The notes under the pieces are model-generated. The model searched no databases, had not been told where the DNA came from, and worked only from the letters and a program-made list of their open reading frames with translations. Of a stretch of DNA of 64,000 bases, positions 1 through 13,800 are shown piece by piece. A program made the translations under genes and the position numbers. Numbering within the stretch: position 1 is the first letter of the stretch; each line of letters begins with the position of its first letter. This DNA comes from Phoronis australis. Lineage: Eukaryota; Animalia; Phoronida. The DNA lies in contig NMRA01000023.1 in NCBI GenBank assembly GCA_002633005.1, positions 767,339 through 831,338 of the forward strand, given 5' to 3'.

Positions 1-552
1 ATCTTCAGACGTAGATGGATTGATACTAGTCCAAATATCTGACCCATTCCATACTTTTGACGAAAATGGCGAGGTACTGTTCCATTCCTCGGTGTTGTTC
101 CAATCTTCAGACGTAGATGGATTGAAATTTATCCAAATATTTGTGCTATTCCATCCTGCCGACGTAAATGGAACAATACTGTTCCATATATCCGTGCTGT
201 TCCACTCTTCTGATGTTGATGGATCGATATTAGTCCAAAATTTTGTACCATTCCATCCTTCTGATGTAGATGGAGTAGTAATATTCCTTTCATCCGTGTT
301 GCTCCATTCGTCAGATGTAAATTGGCTATTCAGTGCTTCAGACGTGGGGCTATTCCATTCCTCCGAATAATTCGACTGCTCGCTTGATGAACTCCAAGAC
401 CAATCATCCGTACTATCGGAGATTCCGAATGTTCCATAGTCGGATGATGTTGAAGACTGCAAGCTTTCCAGGGAGGAAGTACTCCAAGTACATTGTGATT
501 CCGAAATGAAGACAACTAACACAGTGATTAAAACAATCGAGCTTAAATTCAT
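1..552 (-). CDS. Secreted Trp/Ser/Thr-rich tandem-repeat glycoprotein (N-terminal 184 aa; continues beyond the window edge)
   Basis: ATG at 552 with an in-frame TGA upstream at 586-588; open to base 1. Starts MNLSSIVLITVLVVFISESQC (signal-peptide-like), then an acidic Ser-rich linker, then 17-aa repeats PSTSEGWNGTKFWTNID / PSTSEEWNSTDIWNSIV / PFTSAGWNSTNIWINFN / PSTSEDWNNTEEWNSTS / PFSSKVWNGSDIWTSIN. Absent from the ORF track because there is no stop in the window. Confidence 0.8.
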   Translation of the reverse strand, partial: MNLSSIVLITVLVVFISESQCTWSTSSLESLQSSTSSDYGTFGISDSTDDWSWSSSSEQSNYSEEWNSPTSEALNSQFTSDEWSNTDERNITTPSTSEGWNGTKFWTNIDPSTSEEWNSTDIWNSIVPFTSAGWNSTNIWINFNPSTSEDWNNTEEWNSTSPFSSKVWNGSDIWTSINPSTSED

Positions 553-3500
553 CGCTCCAGGGTTTAATGCCGTATGGTTGCCTTGTCAAGCGACGCCAGT
601 GTTTGAAGAGCAGGGTTCAACATCGATTGTTGCAAGACAATCAGAGCGAACAATTCTCTGGCGTGTGCTTCAATATCTTATCCTGGTAACCCCAATAAAC
701 ATAATAACACAGCCCCGTCGCAATAATGGGAAAACTGTCTGAGAGAGTGCCTCGCAGTGGACATAGTTCCGCTAAGCAAACACGACGATAGCCACTGTTT
801 GGTTTAGAATTTCACCACCCTTTCATTATCCTCTTAACCCACTCATTCACAAATGTAGAGCGAACGAACCTTTATAACAACATATTGCAATAGCACTGCT
901 TCCATGTCGCTAAAATTAACCGAGAAAAATAAATATTGTTCGACAGACGTATTATGATTCGTATAAAAATATAACACTGCATTAGTAAAGGCTCATCGCC
1001 TTGCCACACTTCAATAACGGAAGCAGAGTTATGTTTTTGAAAAAGTAAGGTACATGTAATCACTAAAAGAGCGCGTAGTTTCAGGGATGTTTGCATGGTT
1101 TATTAAACGGCGGAGTATTCGTCAAGCGCGGACGAAAATGGGAAGATATTGTCATCTCTGGAGCTGAAAACTACTTGCACGGAACTCCAAAGACTACAAG
1201 GGGAGCTTGAAAACATTTGCTATACACCTTATTATTGATAGCAGTTATTAAATCATTCGCCAGGTTGGCACTACCGGTCACGCAAAGCAGCATGGGTAGT
1301 ATTTTGAAGTTCGCTGTGAGAATGTCGGTTGTGGTAGACGACACGTCATTGGATAAGCTAAATTTATTGGATGCTCTCGGGCTTAAAATATTTTTCAAAA
1401 CCGAGGGATGCCACAATAAGCGAAAATTAGTTGAAGCTTGGTTCGATAGTCCGAGGGGCCGAGAGTCTGAAATTAAATTCCCCCGCCGACAGTGGACAAG
1501 AGTCTGCAGGGCCGACATTCCAAAAAGCAACGACACTTCGAATCTTTTATAAATTACCGTTTTTCCACCTTTGTGAATTTCTTGATGGTTAAAGCTTGTT
1601 ATACATATCCGACATCAGTTTGCTAACGTGGAAATATTTAACTAGTCTTGTAGAAAAGATGACAGTCACTGAAATAGCCTACCAAAATATAAACTGCTAG
1701 TCTTCTAAGGTTTTTAAAATGTCACAATTTTTACTAAATTCCACCATTCAAGTAAGTACAGTTTTTATTTTTACGGTATATGCGCGTATTTAGGCTCGTG
1801 CCTAAGTCTGAAGATAGTTTATATTTGCAATAAGTGCGTGCACATCCATATACATGCTTGGGCATTACGTGTTATTTACATCCAGATCAAGCATTTACAT
1901 TTGGTTTTCAGCTGAAATTTGGAGGCTTATGTCAAGATCTATTGAAAATTTCCAAAAATAGTTCCCCAAAACAACGCCCATTCAAAAAGAGAACTTTACA
2001 TGAACCGGATGCTATTAGTGACTTTTAATAAAAATCTGCTGGTGAAGTCAAACTTAAAACTCAATTGTGTACATGTAGATTCACCCAACTTTTAGACTGA
2101 ATTGTTACTTTTGCGTTTGCTACGATGAAAATTCTATGTTGGTTCATGCAATGTTGTTATTCATGCTAATTACTGTTTTTTGTGTTGACGGAGGGACAAT
2201 ACACGTTTATCGTGCATATGACATTCAGATACGCTTAGCGTTCAAAAAGTAAACTGCTTCCAAAATAAAAATAAATACCCTTATTTCCTTCAGCGATTTT
2301 CAGATAAAAATATTCACTCGGGACACTCTTTCGGATATTTCCGAAATTAAAGTGAAAGTTGCACGGTAATTCCCTATCTCTATGTTTGTTTGGTCACATT
2401 ATTTAGAAACACAACACATGCCTGTAGGGATTCTCGGCTTCGGCAAATCGACTTAATTTGAACTTAGGAATACATGTACGAGTTCTTGAAAACGGCTCGA
2501 TGGATTTTGCTGAAACTTACCAAACTTAATATTTACTCAAAGTCTCTAAATCACTTCAGATTTTTCATATAAAGGCCTCTTTTGTGTAATATAACGAAGA
2601 CTAATAAACTGGTTTTTGCAAAAATAAGGCTTACGTTTTGCGAGTTGACTTGCCATAGAAACCAAACGAAAAGACTAATTCCTAACAGCGTTTTTAGGTA
2701 ACTGGTGAAGTTTTCATTTAAAAAAGCTGTCATTGGGATTATTTCGCGATGAATGTACTTTACTTAAAAATTAAAATTTGACTTAAAAAGGTGCTGAAGT
2801 AATATTAATAATGCTCCGTAAATATAAAACATACCTTTATACTACTTTATCTTTTTACTTTCAGCAAATATATACTTTCGCTAGTTAACAAACCTATGTT
2901 CTGTTGTTTTGTTTCTTCGTCGATTTTAAGGTATGCCACACGTCACTATACCTTTTGCGAGATTTCTCGCTACCATATACATGTAGCTTAGCTACGTTGA
3001 GACATTTACTTCTAAACTTACTGGTTACCCAATGGTGTAACCGCTACGCGTGTTTAATAACTTTAAGCCTCCCGTCGTCAGTACGATCCTGTCATCCACG
3101 CAAACACCACTTGGGCGAAGTTGACTGGGTACGGCCCGATGATTGCGTGGAGCGCTTTGAATCAGACGCAAATTCAAAATTATTATTTAAGTTATCATTG
3201 TAGTAATAGTTTTATTGTTGCCGAACATCTGTATCCAATCTTCAACGGATGTAAGGTGGCCGGGGGCTGGATCTTTTCCACTAGGGGTTCGATCGAACCC
3301 CCTTGGCTACGGGCCTGAGACCCCACATTTGAGTATTTGTCATTTAAAGTCACTCATATTTGAGCAAGTTTTTTGGTTTTGTAGCTGATTTCGTTTTCCT
3401 GGCGACATTTTTTAATTTTGACTTTTGATTCTGCCCCGGGGATTAAACCCCCGAACCCTCCCGAAGATCCGCCTCTGAATGAGGATTTTTTCTCAAATTA

Positions 3501-3884
3501 TCTAAGTGACGACGCAGGACGACATTTGAGGGGCTCGAAAGTGACGACGTGACCTCATTGTTTTAGTCGGCAGAGGAAATAGTAGTGGGGGGATAGTCCC
3601 CAGTTTTTTTCAGTGCTGTGCCGCCCATGGATGTGTAATGGTGTTGCCTCGAACAGATGTCCATCCAATGCAAGCACTGACAGTGAAACACATTTAACTT
3701 AGGCAAAGGTTACGAGAGCGTCGCGTGCAGTGGGCACGAAACCCTGAACTTGACTGAAGGGATAAGAAGAGTGCAGTTGATAGGGAAGCTGTATAGAATC
3801 TGTATCCAGGAGTACTGGTTCACGCACCGTCCAAGTCAAGTTCACTTCCAGCCCCAGTCGCCTTCCACTCAGTGAATTGTCGGT

Positions 3885-3990
3885 AGTATTCACTTACAGG
3901 GGTCCCCTATTTTGAGAACCAGTTTCATGCTCTAAACAAGTGCATCAAAATAGTTCTCAAAATGCAGGAACCCTGTAAATGAGCATTGCC
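3885..3990. repeat. Degenerate inverted repeat / MITE remnant
   Basis: TTACAGGGGTCCCCTATTTTGAGAAC (~3894-3919) pairs imperfectly with GTTCTCAAAATGCAGGAACCCTGTAA (~3952-3978). Confidence 0.5.
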
Positions 3991-4534
3991 GAATTGTCTA
4001 TGAGTAACTGGAAATCCGGCTTCAAAGTAAGGAAAAAAACGAAACCGATGGGAAGATAATCGGTACTGTTGCCACTTGTACGGTTTTGTTAGATGACAAG
4101 GAAGCCAGAAAAGTAAATTAAGCTATGAAGACGTGTCAACAAAAATTCGTAACTTGAATGAATGGCATTTGCACAAGAAGAGCACAAACTTACGCTGCAA
4201 CTACTTTTCTGAATTTACCCGTCAGTAAATGTTGAGAATTTATAAATCTGGACCCCGCACCGTTTCCATACTTAGCAGTTATGAAGATGACTGGACATGA
4301 GGTTTCCACATTCAATTACCGATTTTTATTTATCTAAGTGTTTACAGGGTTTGTTAATTAATTGACCATCAAGGTATCAAACATAGTTCAACCAGAGTAC
4401 CCATGGATCACGTTATTCATGTCCTTTTTGATTGGATTATTTTTGAAAAGAGTGTTTCATGGCACGTGATTTCCTCCGGTCATTTAGTAAGTACAAGGTT
4501 GCAGTAACCAATACCTCTGAACGTTAACTATTCA

Positions 4535-6740
4535 AAAACGGGAACATGCCATATTTCATAAAAACCTGTTAAGGAACCCCAGAGAACCAAAGGAAAACAA
4601 AACAAAATGAAATTGCCACTTGTGGGCACAGCGTCCGTTCGATCCGCCTGAAAGTCGTGGTCTGTTATCATCATATAAATTCACTTAGTAAATGTAATAA
4701 AGATCCTGCAGTGGGTTTTGGAGATACAGCGCAAAACAAAACAAAACTACAACATCAAGGCGCCGCAGTAGTCAGTCCCCATCAACAAACGTCCTCTTCA
4801 CACTGAAAACATATACGCCAATTTTCAAAACCATCCCTAGAATGATTTGGTTGATTGAGGGGTGGACGCCAAAAACGAGATTTAAAAACAGCAAAAATGA
4901 CCACCAGGTGACGCAAAATAACTTGATTCCATCCAAAAACAGGATGATAGCGTCGTCTCACCAATAGATGTCTATATTCAAAATTTTATGAAAATCTGTT
5001 GAGGACCTTTGAAGATACAGACTTGCAAACGTAAAAAAATAAAATTTCCACTAGGGGGCACACCAGTAGTCAGATCCCTCCCAAAGTCGTCGTCGTCGGT
5101 TGTCAACTTCATATCTTCATATAAATACACTTGTTAAACTAAGTAAAGATGCTGCAAACGGTTTAGGAGATACAACTATGAGCGCAAAACAAAACAAAAC
5201 AGCCACTAGGAGGTGCCACAGTTGTCGAAGTCGTTGTCAGTCATACGCTTCATAGTAAAAACATACATGCCAATTTTCACAATTATTCTGAAAACAGTTT
5301 AGTTAATAGACAGAGGTCGTGTAACTCCGGAATTTAGTTTACAAAACAGCCACAGGCTTCGCATACCGATAGTCAGCCATTACTATAATGTCAGAAACGA
5401 AAACAGAACAGCTGTTCACCATGTTAGTGAGCTATTCAAACTCGTATTCCTGGATTATATAAGGTCTGTGTTTTATTAAAAATGTGATGTGACACGAATT
5501 TGTTGTTTGTTATTATTCTAATTGAGGTTTTAATTATTTCAAATGGGTCTTTGCCAGTGTTGCATGTAGTTGTACTGATTTGTTTACTTTCTGTAGAGGC
5601 TTAGCCCTATTAGAGCAATGACTACTAACTGTGTCCCCTGGAATCTATCTACACATGTTATAAACAGGATGCTACAGTGTTCACATAAATATCCCAGAGC
5701 CAAATAACCATTCCTTAATATGGCAACACTGAGGAATTTCTTATGATTTCCCTCATTTCTTAACATTACTTTCGTGAGTCACTTCGTTCAGTTGCACAAC
5801 AACATAATTTCTGACATCCTGGTGATACCTACATCAAGCAGTCCATTGAAAAAATGGCATCTACAACATTGGAATTTAAGGGCATTTCATCATGGAAAGA
5901 CTATATTCCTGAGTGGCCAAATGTTATGTATGGTGACATTTACAATTATTTGGTAGAATCAAAAGCAGTTGATGGACAGTCGATGAAAAACTTTAAAAGC
6001 CTAGAATCATTCAATTACTCCCAGAGTGGATGNTGTTGGTATGCCAAATTTTACGAAAATACGTTGAGGACCCTTCAACATACAGAGGTTAATGTAAAAA
6101 AATAAAATTGCCACTAGGTGGCAAACCAGTAGTCAGATCCATCTGAAAGTTGTCGTCCTTCGTTGATAAAATCATATAAATACACTTACTAAATTTAGTA
6201 AAGATCCTACGAACAGTTTAGGAGATAGAGCCATAGGAGCAAAAAAAAACTGCCACTAGGAGGCGGCACAGTAATCGAAGACCTCGGAAAATCATCGTTA
6301 GCCGTCCACTTCAAAGTAAAAACATACATGCCAATTTTCGCAATCATCCTTTGAGCAGTTTGGCTGATAGAAGGGCGGACGCAAAAAAACACTCGAAAAC
6401 ACTAAAAATGGCCACTAGGTGGTGCATCTCAATAATAGGGCACTATATACCAATTTTTTTGAAAATCCGTTTAGAACTTTTGAAGATACAGAGGTAAACG
6501 TAAAAAAATAAAATTGCCACTAGGGGGCACATTGGTAGTCGGATCCGTCCGAATGTTCGTTCATGCCATCCCATCCAAGGAAGGAATACATGTGCAAAAT
6601 TTCATAACCATACATCAAGGCGTTTTGGAGATAAAGCAGCCGACGCCGGACACCAGATGCCAGACGGACGTTGCACGGATGGACATAGATGACTGCATAA
6701 TGCATCCACATACCGGGAAAAAATATGTGGGCACATAAAA
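4535..6740 (-). mobile_element. Helentron/HINE-like non-autonomous element(s) with internal tandem subrepeats, interrupted by the gap at 6033
   Basis: The minus-strand 5' end reads TTTTTATGTGCCCACATA...TATGTGGATGCAT, followed by GTCC/GTCT microsatellite-like sequence (6650-6740), as in DINE/HINE elements. Internal subrepeats contain GCCACTAGG(G/T/A)GG and GTAGTCAGATCC. A homologous copy in opposite orientation lies at ~32715-34900. The left boundary is approximate. Confidence 0.6.
5854..6032 (+). pseudogene. Fragment of a transposon accessory SWIM/YqaJ-type protein (ISL2EU/Kolobok-associated), cut by an assembly gap
   Basis: WKDYIPEWPNVMYGDIYNYLV...MKNFKSLESFNYSQSG matches the recurring motif W..D...WP.V.YGDIYNYL...KAYKSLEAYNYF.SGWV that precedes the SWIM finger in invertebrate DNA-transposon accessory genes. 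It ends at the N at 6033. Confidence 0.65.
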
Positions 6741-7826
6741 ATCAAGTTGAGATTAGTATATTTTGATTCTCAATGCTTTGCTATGTCACTTTCACATTGT
6801 TGTTTCGTTAACTGACAATGTTAGATTTGATGGGATGCCCTGCCTTGTCCTTGTGTCAGAATGTTTCTGTTTTTTCACCATTGTCACAGTGACACAGTGC
6901 AGTCAACTTCACCAGCACATGGCACCATCACTGAACTTCAATGATGCATAGTCAGTCTTTTATAACACATTATACTCTAAGAACAGTTAATCACCGAGCA
7001 CACTCAGGTTTACTCTCACCAGCCACAACAGTTCATTTCCCTGGCTCCAGGCGACTCAACCCATCCGTGCTACAAAATAGTTGACTCTCCAATCCTTCAC
7101 TCTTGTCTTCTCACTCTTGAGTGCACGATGGTGGTAATGTAACAGTCCTTGAACAGCAATTTTCATAACACAACGTCCAACAAGATACCGCTGGATGGGC
7201 TGATGACGACACACCATGTTTCATGCACTAACATCCTAACAATAATTTTCATTACTGTTAATGTTCACAACAGATTTGCAATCCATAACAACCATGCCAC
7301 TGCTCTTTCACTTTGTACTTCTGATCAGATTCCTTTAACTTGACTTCAAATATATACAGCATGGCAGCATATAATTTATACCAAAACACAACTACATGTG
7401 CTGTAGACTGCTTGTACCTTTGAAACAAATACGCTCCAACTAGCAACCTTCTCTGTGACTAAAGTTTTCTGGAACATACCTATAGCTTTTCTTAGATGAA
7501 TAACAATTCAGGGTTTTCCTCAGTTAGCAAACTTTACCCAAAGACTTACATGCATGAGAACCGGACCTATATCAATATAGGGGGCGCCACTGCCATTCAG
7601 TCACCCCCTTGTTTACACGTCATTTTAACAAAAATATTAAGTAATATAGAAGAAGTAGGTGTTGTGCAAAGTTAAGTGAGTAGACAAAAGTCCAAGACCA
7701 CTCTTGAAATGACCTGCTTCTACTGCAAGATATTTCAAAATCCAAAACTGAGGTCAGTGTCTCTTTTGGGAAAGTACCACATACCCTGGCCAGCAATGCA
7801 TTAGATTAATAGAACAACCACGGACA

Positions 7827-10800
7827 TCATGGATTACTGTCTTCCAGATGCAATATGAAGTTCCACTCTTCTGAAACGGAAATGTTACAGAAAATTAGAC
7901 ATAAAGGTGATGAGGAATGAAAAATAAATTGGCAGTCTGTTGCCTACAGCAACAATGCAGTTTCATCCAAACCACTAGGAGAGAATGATGATAACAATTC
8001 TCATTAGTCATTCTTAAAAGGATACCAAACCTGGTTTGGGCTTATAAACATTATACTAAAAAGTACTTTCCCATCAAGTTCTTTGAAACAAAACGATGCT
8101 CTGCAACTCTCAAAAGCTCTAAAAGGTTTGGAGGAAAATTTGAAAACTCCATTCAAAGTCTGCTAAATGGGCAAGCACGACTTACGCTTCTAGAGAATTA
8201 CATGGCAACTGTGGCAAAAGACCATCTACCAACTAAGGACCCTAATGTCCAAAATGCGCCATATGGTGTATGATTCCTGACTTAAACTTGGAGGGTTGAC
8301 GCCAACGATGTATTAGCAAGTGACAGTGTGAGGAGTGGCTGAAGTCATCAAAACAGGGTTTCGTATCCTTTTATGTCAAGATCAAAATCTCAAGACTTGA
8401 TCTGATAGCAAACTTTGACAATAAAATGACAAAAGATAAACCTGTGTGTATGTTTGCAAGCAAGCACAGGCTTAAAAACAGAGTGTGAATTGGGAAGAAG
8501 GCTTAACTTTGAATCCCATTTACCTTAATTATCCAGATTTTGGACCCATGCACCTTTAAGGGAAATTTAAATCAAATGAACCAGTGTGTGAAAAAAATAA
8601 GATACAAAACCAAGGATACAATTTCTGCAATACGTTCACTGAGTGAAACTTGACTCGATCATTATGAAATGTCAGGGAATGGAAATTCATCAATAAAACA
8701 CTTGTTAGCTACCATCTACTTAAGGGAAACATGTCTGCAGATGCAAATGAAGTTTAGGTGCATGAGAAACATCCGAGTAGATATTAAATAATTTCTTTTA
8801 AAAGAAACATGTTACTTCAGAATGGCTGCATGGTCACCAGTAGTGCATATCATGTGGTAACCAAATTTGAGAGAAAATATCTAGTCATATAAAAATACTG
8901 GCAGTATGCTTGGATCAGCTTACCTTTAGTCATAGGTTGAACAGACAACCGAGCCTGTGTGAAGAGTGCCAAATGGGCGAGAGGTCCCGCTGTCTGTTTG
9001 TGCTCCAGATGAATGCTCTTCAGCTCAGAGAGTGGAATGTACCGCTTGAGCATTCGTTTGAAGTGTACATCAACCATAAACCATTTTGGGTTCTCCCTCT
9101 TCGATGAGCTATGTAAGAAGACATATCCATCAACAGCTAATGTTTAACACTTCAGTTACTGTTAACAAGCAACAAGTATCAAAAGTATTTACAGGTCTGC
9201 AAACTATGTCAAGTTCCATCCTGCCACGTTTATCTTTGTGTGTACATTGTAGCTACAGTACTTCATAACGATGATAATAAATAATGATAATAATCCCAGA
9301 AGAAGTGATTATGAAGCACATTTAAATTTAACTTAATCCTTGAAAGTGACAATCAAAATAGACCAACTTGGTGTATAGTGGCAAAATTGGGGTAGATCAA
9401 TCTTAAAATTGCAGATTCGATAATGGCACATGTATGCATTGCCTATGACTTGAGTTCCAGCTCATTTGTCAACAATTCAAGATCCGAAGAGCGTGGAAAT
9501 GTTTTTAAACCGCAATGTGCTTGGGCTAAGAATTTTACAGTGAGAGATCACCAGCTTCGAAAAACAACTTCAATCACATATTCAAAGTATCAAGGGTCAA
9601 CATAAAAGGCCAAAGTTCGATTTTTTGGGTTTCGTGGATTTCAGCATAATTTCACTCAAAAGTTATCTCAGGCGTCCAGAGATAACTTTCAGTTGTCAAG
9701 TGGAAAATCAACCAAACATGGACGGCACAAGACAGCAGCATAGGTTGTACTCAATGCGACTTATGGAGAAAAATATGCAATGTATAATATTCAAAATATT
9801 CTACCTGTCATAGTGTGGATCTTTTTTGTCGAATTGTGTGTGGTCGACATAAGACTCGCGGACAATTTCCATGATTCCAGCAATTCCCGGTTCCTTGCAG
9901 TTACTGTGGTAAAAAAATGCTTCCTGGCCTGACCTCATCTGATCGCGCATGAAATTCCTGGCCTGGGTGCAATATAAAAAGCAGAGAGTATTTAAGCAAT
10001 TAACATTTTCTAGAGGCCTGGAACGCAATAAACAGACTAAATTGTAATACTGAAAATGGTTCTCTGGTACTGAAACAGAATTCAACTTGCTCACCAGGTA
10101 ATTCTAGGGTTTGTTAGTAAAGATTTTGAATTTCTGTTGATTGATAGCAAAGCATTTTCTTTTGGATTCAAATTTCAAATTCTGTTAATTGCTCGCCACT
10201 TTGCCAATTTTTCTCCCACAAAGCAAAGCACGTCTCCTTAATATTTGGTATGGCAAGATATAGACGTAGAACATTTCCCTAATTATGGAAAATGTGATCT
10301 TTGACTTCAGGCAACACGTAGAGAACATTACTTTGTTAGCAAAGCTGGATGGAAGTCAATAACATTCACTTAAGAGGCCAAAACCTTGTTTAGTAGCCCT
10401 TCAAGAACCTCAGACTGAAAAAGGTGATGCACTTTAAAATGAGAATGTACAATGTATAGCACATTAGTTAGTCTGGCTCAATACTAAGAGGACAAATCTT
10501 AAAAACAAAAAAGAGAAGATTATCATAATTTAAAGATAACAAACACAAAAATAATTAAACTGAATATTATTAAAATTCATGGCAAAATACATTGAGGGAT
10601 TACACATTCAAACTGCTGACAGCTTTTACTTTAAAGATCCTGACTGACTCAGGCAGAAACACTGTCCCACATTGAACTATATTACGTCGATAACATGTAT
10701 ATGCAGGTGTGAGGGGTCTGCTTTAAGTGCCCTCTTATGGCCAAATCAAAATGCACCACTGCTTAGTACCTGGTAATTCCTCACACCGTCCCAGCATGCA

Positions 10801-13800
10801 GTCTGATTCGGCTCATTCTTTAAATCCTCAATGCCAAACTGAAATCATATAAAGTTTTCAATCACGTTCCTGAATGGAAATCGTCTTATTCACATTTTCC
10901 ATTAAGGGTGTCCACCAGTTAATTTATGTTACTGACTTAAGTATGTAAAAAAGACAAAGATGAATGTTGGCAATACCTCCTTCTTAGAACATTTTGAAAT
11001 TACCCTAACGATGCCCAAAAAATACTCTCCAGATTAGAACAAACTTGGCCCTGTTCAGACAATCGACATCGGGAGGGGACCTGGCAACTGGGGTCAGCGG
11101 TGTGGGGTGAAATTGGTCGTATGCTGTCATACTCATAAAGCATCACCAGCGAAAAAATGCTCGTTTTTTTATTGTGTGTCATTCGTATCATATGTCTTGT
11201 CTATCTTGATTATTTTGAGCTAAAATTTCCAAATGTTGTGGAGAAACTAGACACCTTCACATCCACACCATTCTCGAGTCTGCTCTCTGGTTCCGACTTC
11301 ATCAACCAGTGTGAAAACCGTGGTTTTTCTTGGACAACGGTAGTTTTCACAGCCTTCACACTCTCTTGCGTGCCTGAAATCAATACCCCAATAGACAGAT
11401 CATTAAGTCACAATAAAGTCTTAGTTGACTATGTAATACATAAAACAGCTTTGTAGTAAATGCAGTAAGGTGGACATGAAAACCACAGATTTTGCGAAAA
11501 GTTTTGTAGGACATTATTGATATGCCTGTGTATTAAGACAAATATCTACAAAATGCCAGTCACTGAGTTGAAAACATTTCACTTTATTGTATTAAGCATT
11601 CGATTGTTCTTTTTTTTCACGAAATTCGCCCGATATTTGACTCACCAATTGGACGAAATAATTTAATTAGTCGGTGGGCCAGATCTCATAGCGTTCATCC
11701 TTGTGAGTACTTTGGGGGGGCAACCTAGTTTTTTCTATGTGGCTAGATAATATACCTATAAATCAAATTCCAAAAAGTTCTCACGTCTAGACTTGCACAT
11801 TTTTTTTAAAAAAGGTGTTTTTGTTGCACAAAATATGATGCACATTCCTGCCACTTGGTGGCGCTTTTCTATTGAATTGACCAATCAGAGAGCCAGATTG
11901 TATTNTTATTGTGTGTCATCAGTATCATATGTCTTGTCTATCTTGACTATTTTGAGCTAAAATTTCCAAATGTTGTGGACAAACTCGACACCTTCACATC
12001 CACACCATTCTCGAGTCTGCTCTCTGGTTCCGACTTCATCAACCAGTGTGAAAACCGTGGTTTTTCTTGGACAACGGTAGTTTTCACAGCCTTCACACTC
12101 TCTCGTGTTCCTGAAATCAACACCCCAATAGCCAGATCATTAAGTCACAATAAAGTCTTAGTTGACTATGTAATACATAAAACAGCTTTGTAGTAAATGC
12201 AGTGAGGTGGACATGAAAAGAACAGATTTTGCGAAAAGTTTTGTAGGACATTATTGATCTGTCAGCGCATAAAAACAAATATTTACAAAACGCCAGTCAC
12301 TGAGTCGAAAACATTTCACTTTATTGTATTAAGCATTCCATTGTTTTTTTTTTCACTAAATTCGCCTGGACGAAATAATTCAATGTGTTACCACAGTTAC
12401 ATGAAACAAGGCTCTACAAGTTAGTTTGTCATAGCAAACTGTCCATTCTTTGAAAGACCAAACCCACCAGCCTTCATCTGAGTTAAGAACAATTTCATAG
12501 GAGGCCACTTTAAACCAAAGGTGGTTAAGTTTCTCCAACAGACCCCTGGTATATTGCCACTTTAAGTTATTACAGGACTAGATATTAGTGAGTAAACGCT
12601 CGAAAATACAAGTAGAAATTTGACCTCACTCGTATCATTTGAACATTTTGCCGAGTGGACGGTCAGATTATATTTTTGACTGTCACTTTATACAAGTTCA
12701 AATCCAGGAAAACAACTGCCAAATATGCTGTCACTCATATTTTTGAGTGGGAATTTTTGCCTGTGTCAGCACTGTATTATCTGTAAGGATGTATCATTTA
12801 GAAGCTAGGAGATACTCCTACATGTACATTCCAGAGATCATGGTAACTGCTCATTCTTTGTGAAAAGCATCAAATAATCCACACTAAGAATGATTTCAGT
12901 GACATAATACCTTAAAGACTACAACCATGAACTGTCATATGGGACTTCCAAGTGTGACACACAGCCATTAAATAAAACCTCTCCAAATTGCTAGCCCCTG
13001 TAGGCAGTTACCTAGCGGCCAATTGGTTTGGATGCTTATACGCAAGAGATACACTAACTGGTGCATTTTTCAACATGGGCACGGTACACACTTTTGTGAG
13101 TTGACTTTTTTCACTTGGAAAATTTTAGCCTCTTAATTGATTTTGCCAGACATGACCATTCAAAAGCCTAGGAAAATCATTAGGCAAATCTTACGCTAAA
13201 AAGATTTGCACACAAGTGGATGATAAAGCGTGCACGGTTTACCCCAGAGTGTCCAGCGAAGTCCTCAGCGCATCAAAGGCTTGATGGCATTGTCACAGAC
13301 TGAAGTGAGCTATGTCACTACTCATGGCTGAACATGCTGGATGACATAATTGCAGTGTTGCAAACCAACACCTCTATTTCGCGTTCCAGTTTCAAAGTCA
13401 AAAGAGGAACAAAAATATGGCAAAGAACCAACAAGACCGTTTTTAAAATCTAAAATATAATTGGGACTGTCTTAAAATTTTAAAAATTGATGCATTATAA
13501 CATTAATAAGCGAATAGGTTTTCTTTAGCATCGCAGCACAACAAGAATATTAATTTTTTAATCACTTACGACAGGTTAGTTACAGTCTAGCTTAGGCTTG
13601 CTTAGACATTGGGGAAACAAAACCCCAAATGTAAGTATAGGATTTGTCTCGTGTTACAGAAGTTACACATAAGTACAAAACAAGGTGAAACTATGTCAAA
13701 AGAGGGTGGGCCAACAAGACAGTAAATTACAAAATATCACTCAGAGTATCCTAGATACTTAGATCCTAAAGGCAGAGGTTATAGGATTATCAGGCTGGAA

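Noticed and set aside
20-370. Plus-strand 116-aa repetitive ORF
   Set aside because: Antisense shadow of the minus-strand Trp-repeat gene, which has an ATG and a signal peptide.
1171-1552. Overlapping 121-aa and 111-aa ORFs
   Set aside because: No recognisable domain or splice context; non-ATG starts.
11157-12193. Two near-identical plus-strand ORFs (99 and 94 aa)
   Set aside because: Antisense to the duplicated THYN1 exon 2.
12630-12780. Possible extra THYN1 exon
   Set aside because: In-frame TGA in the required phase; exon 1 already splices in phase to exon 2.
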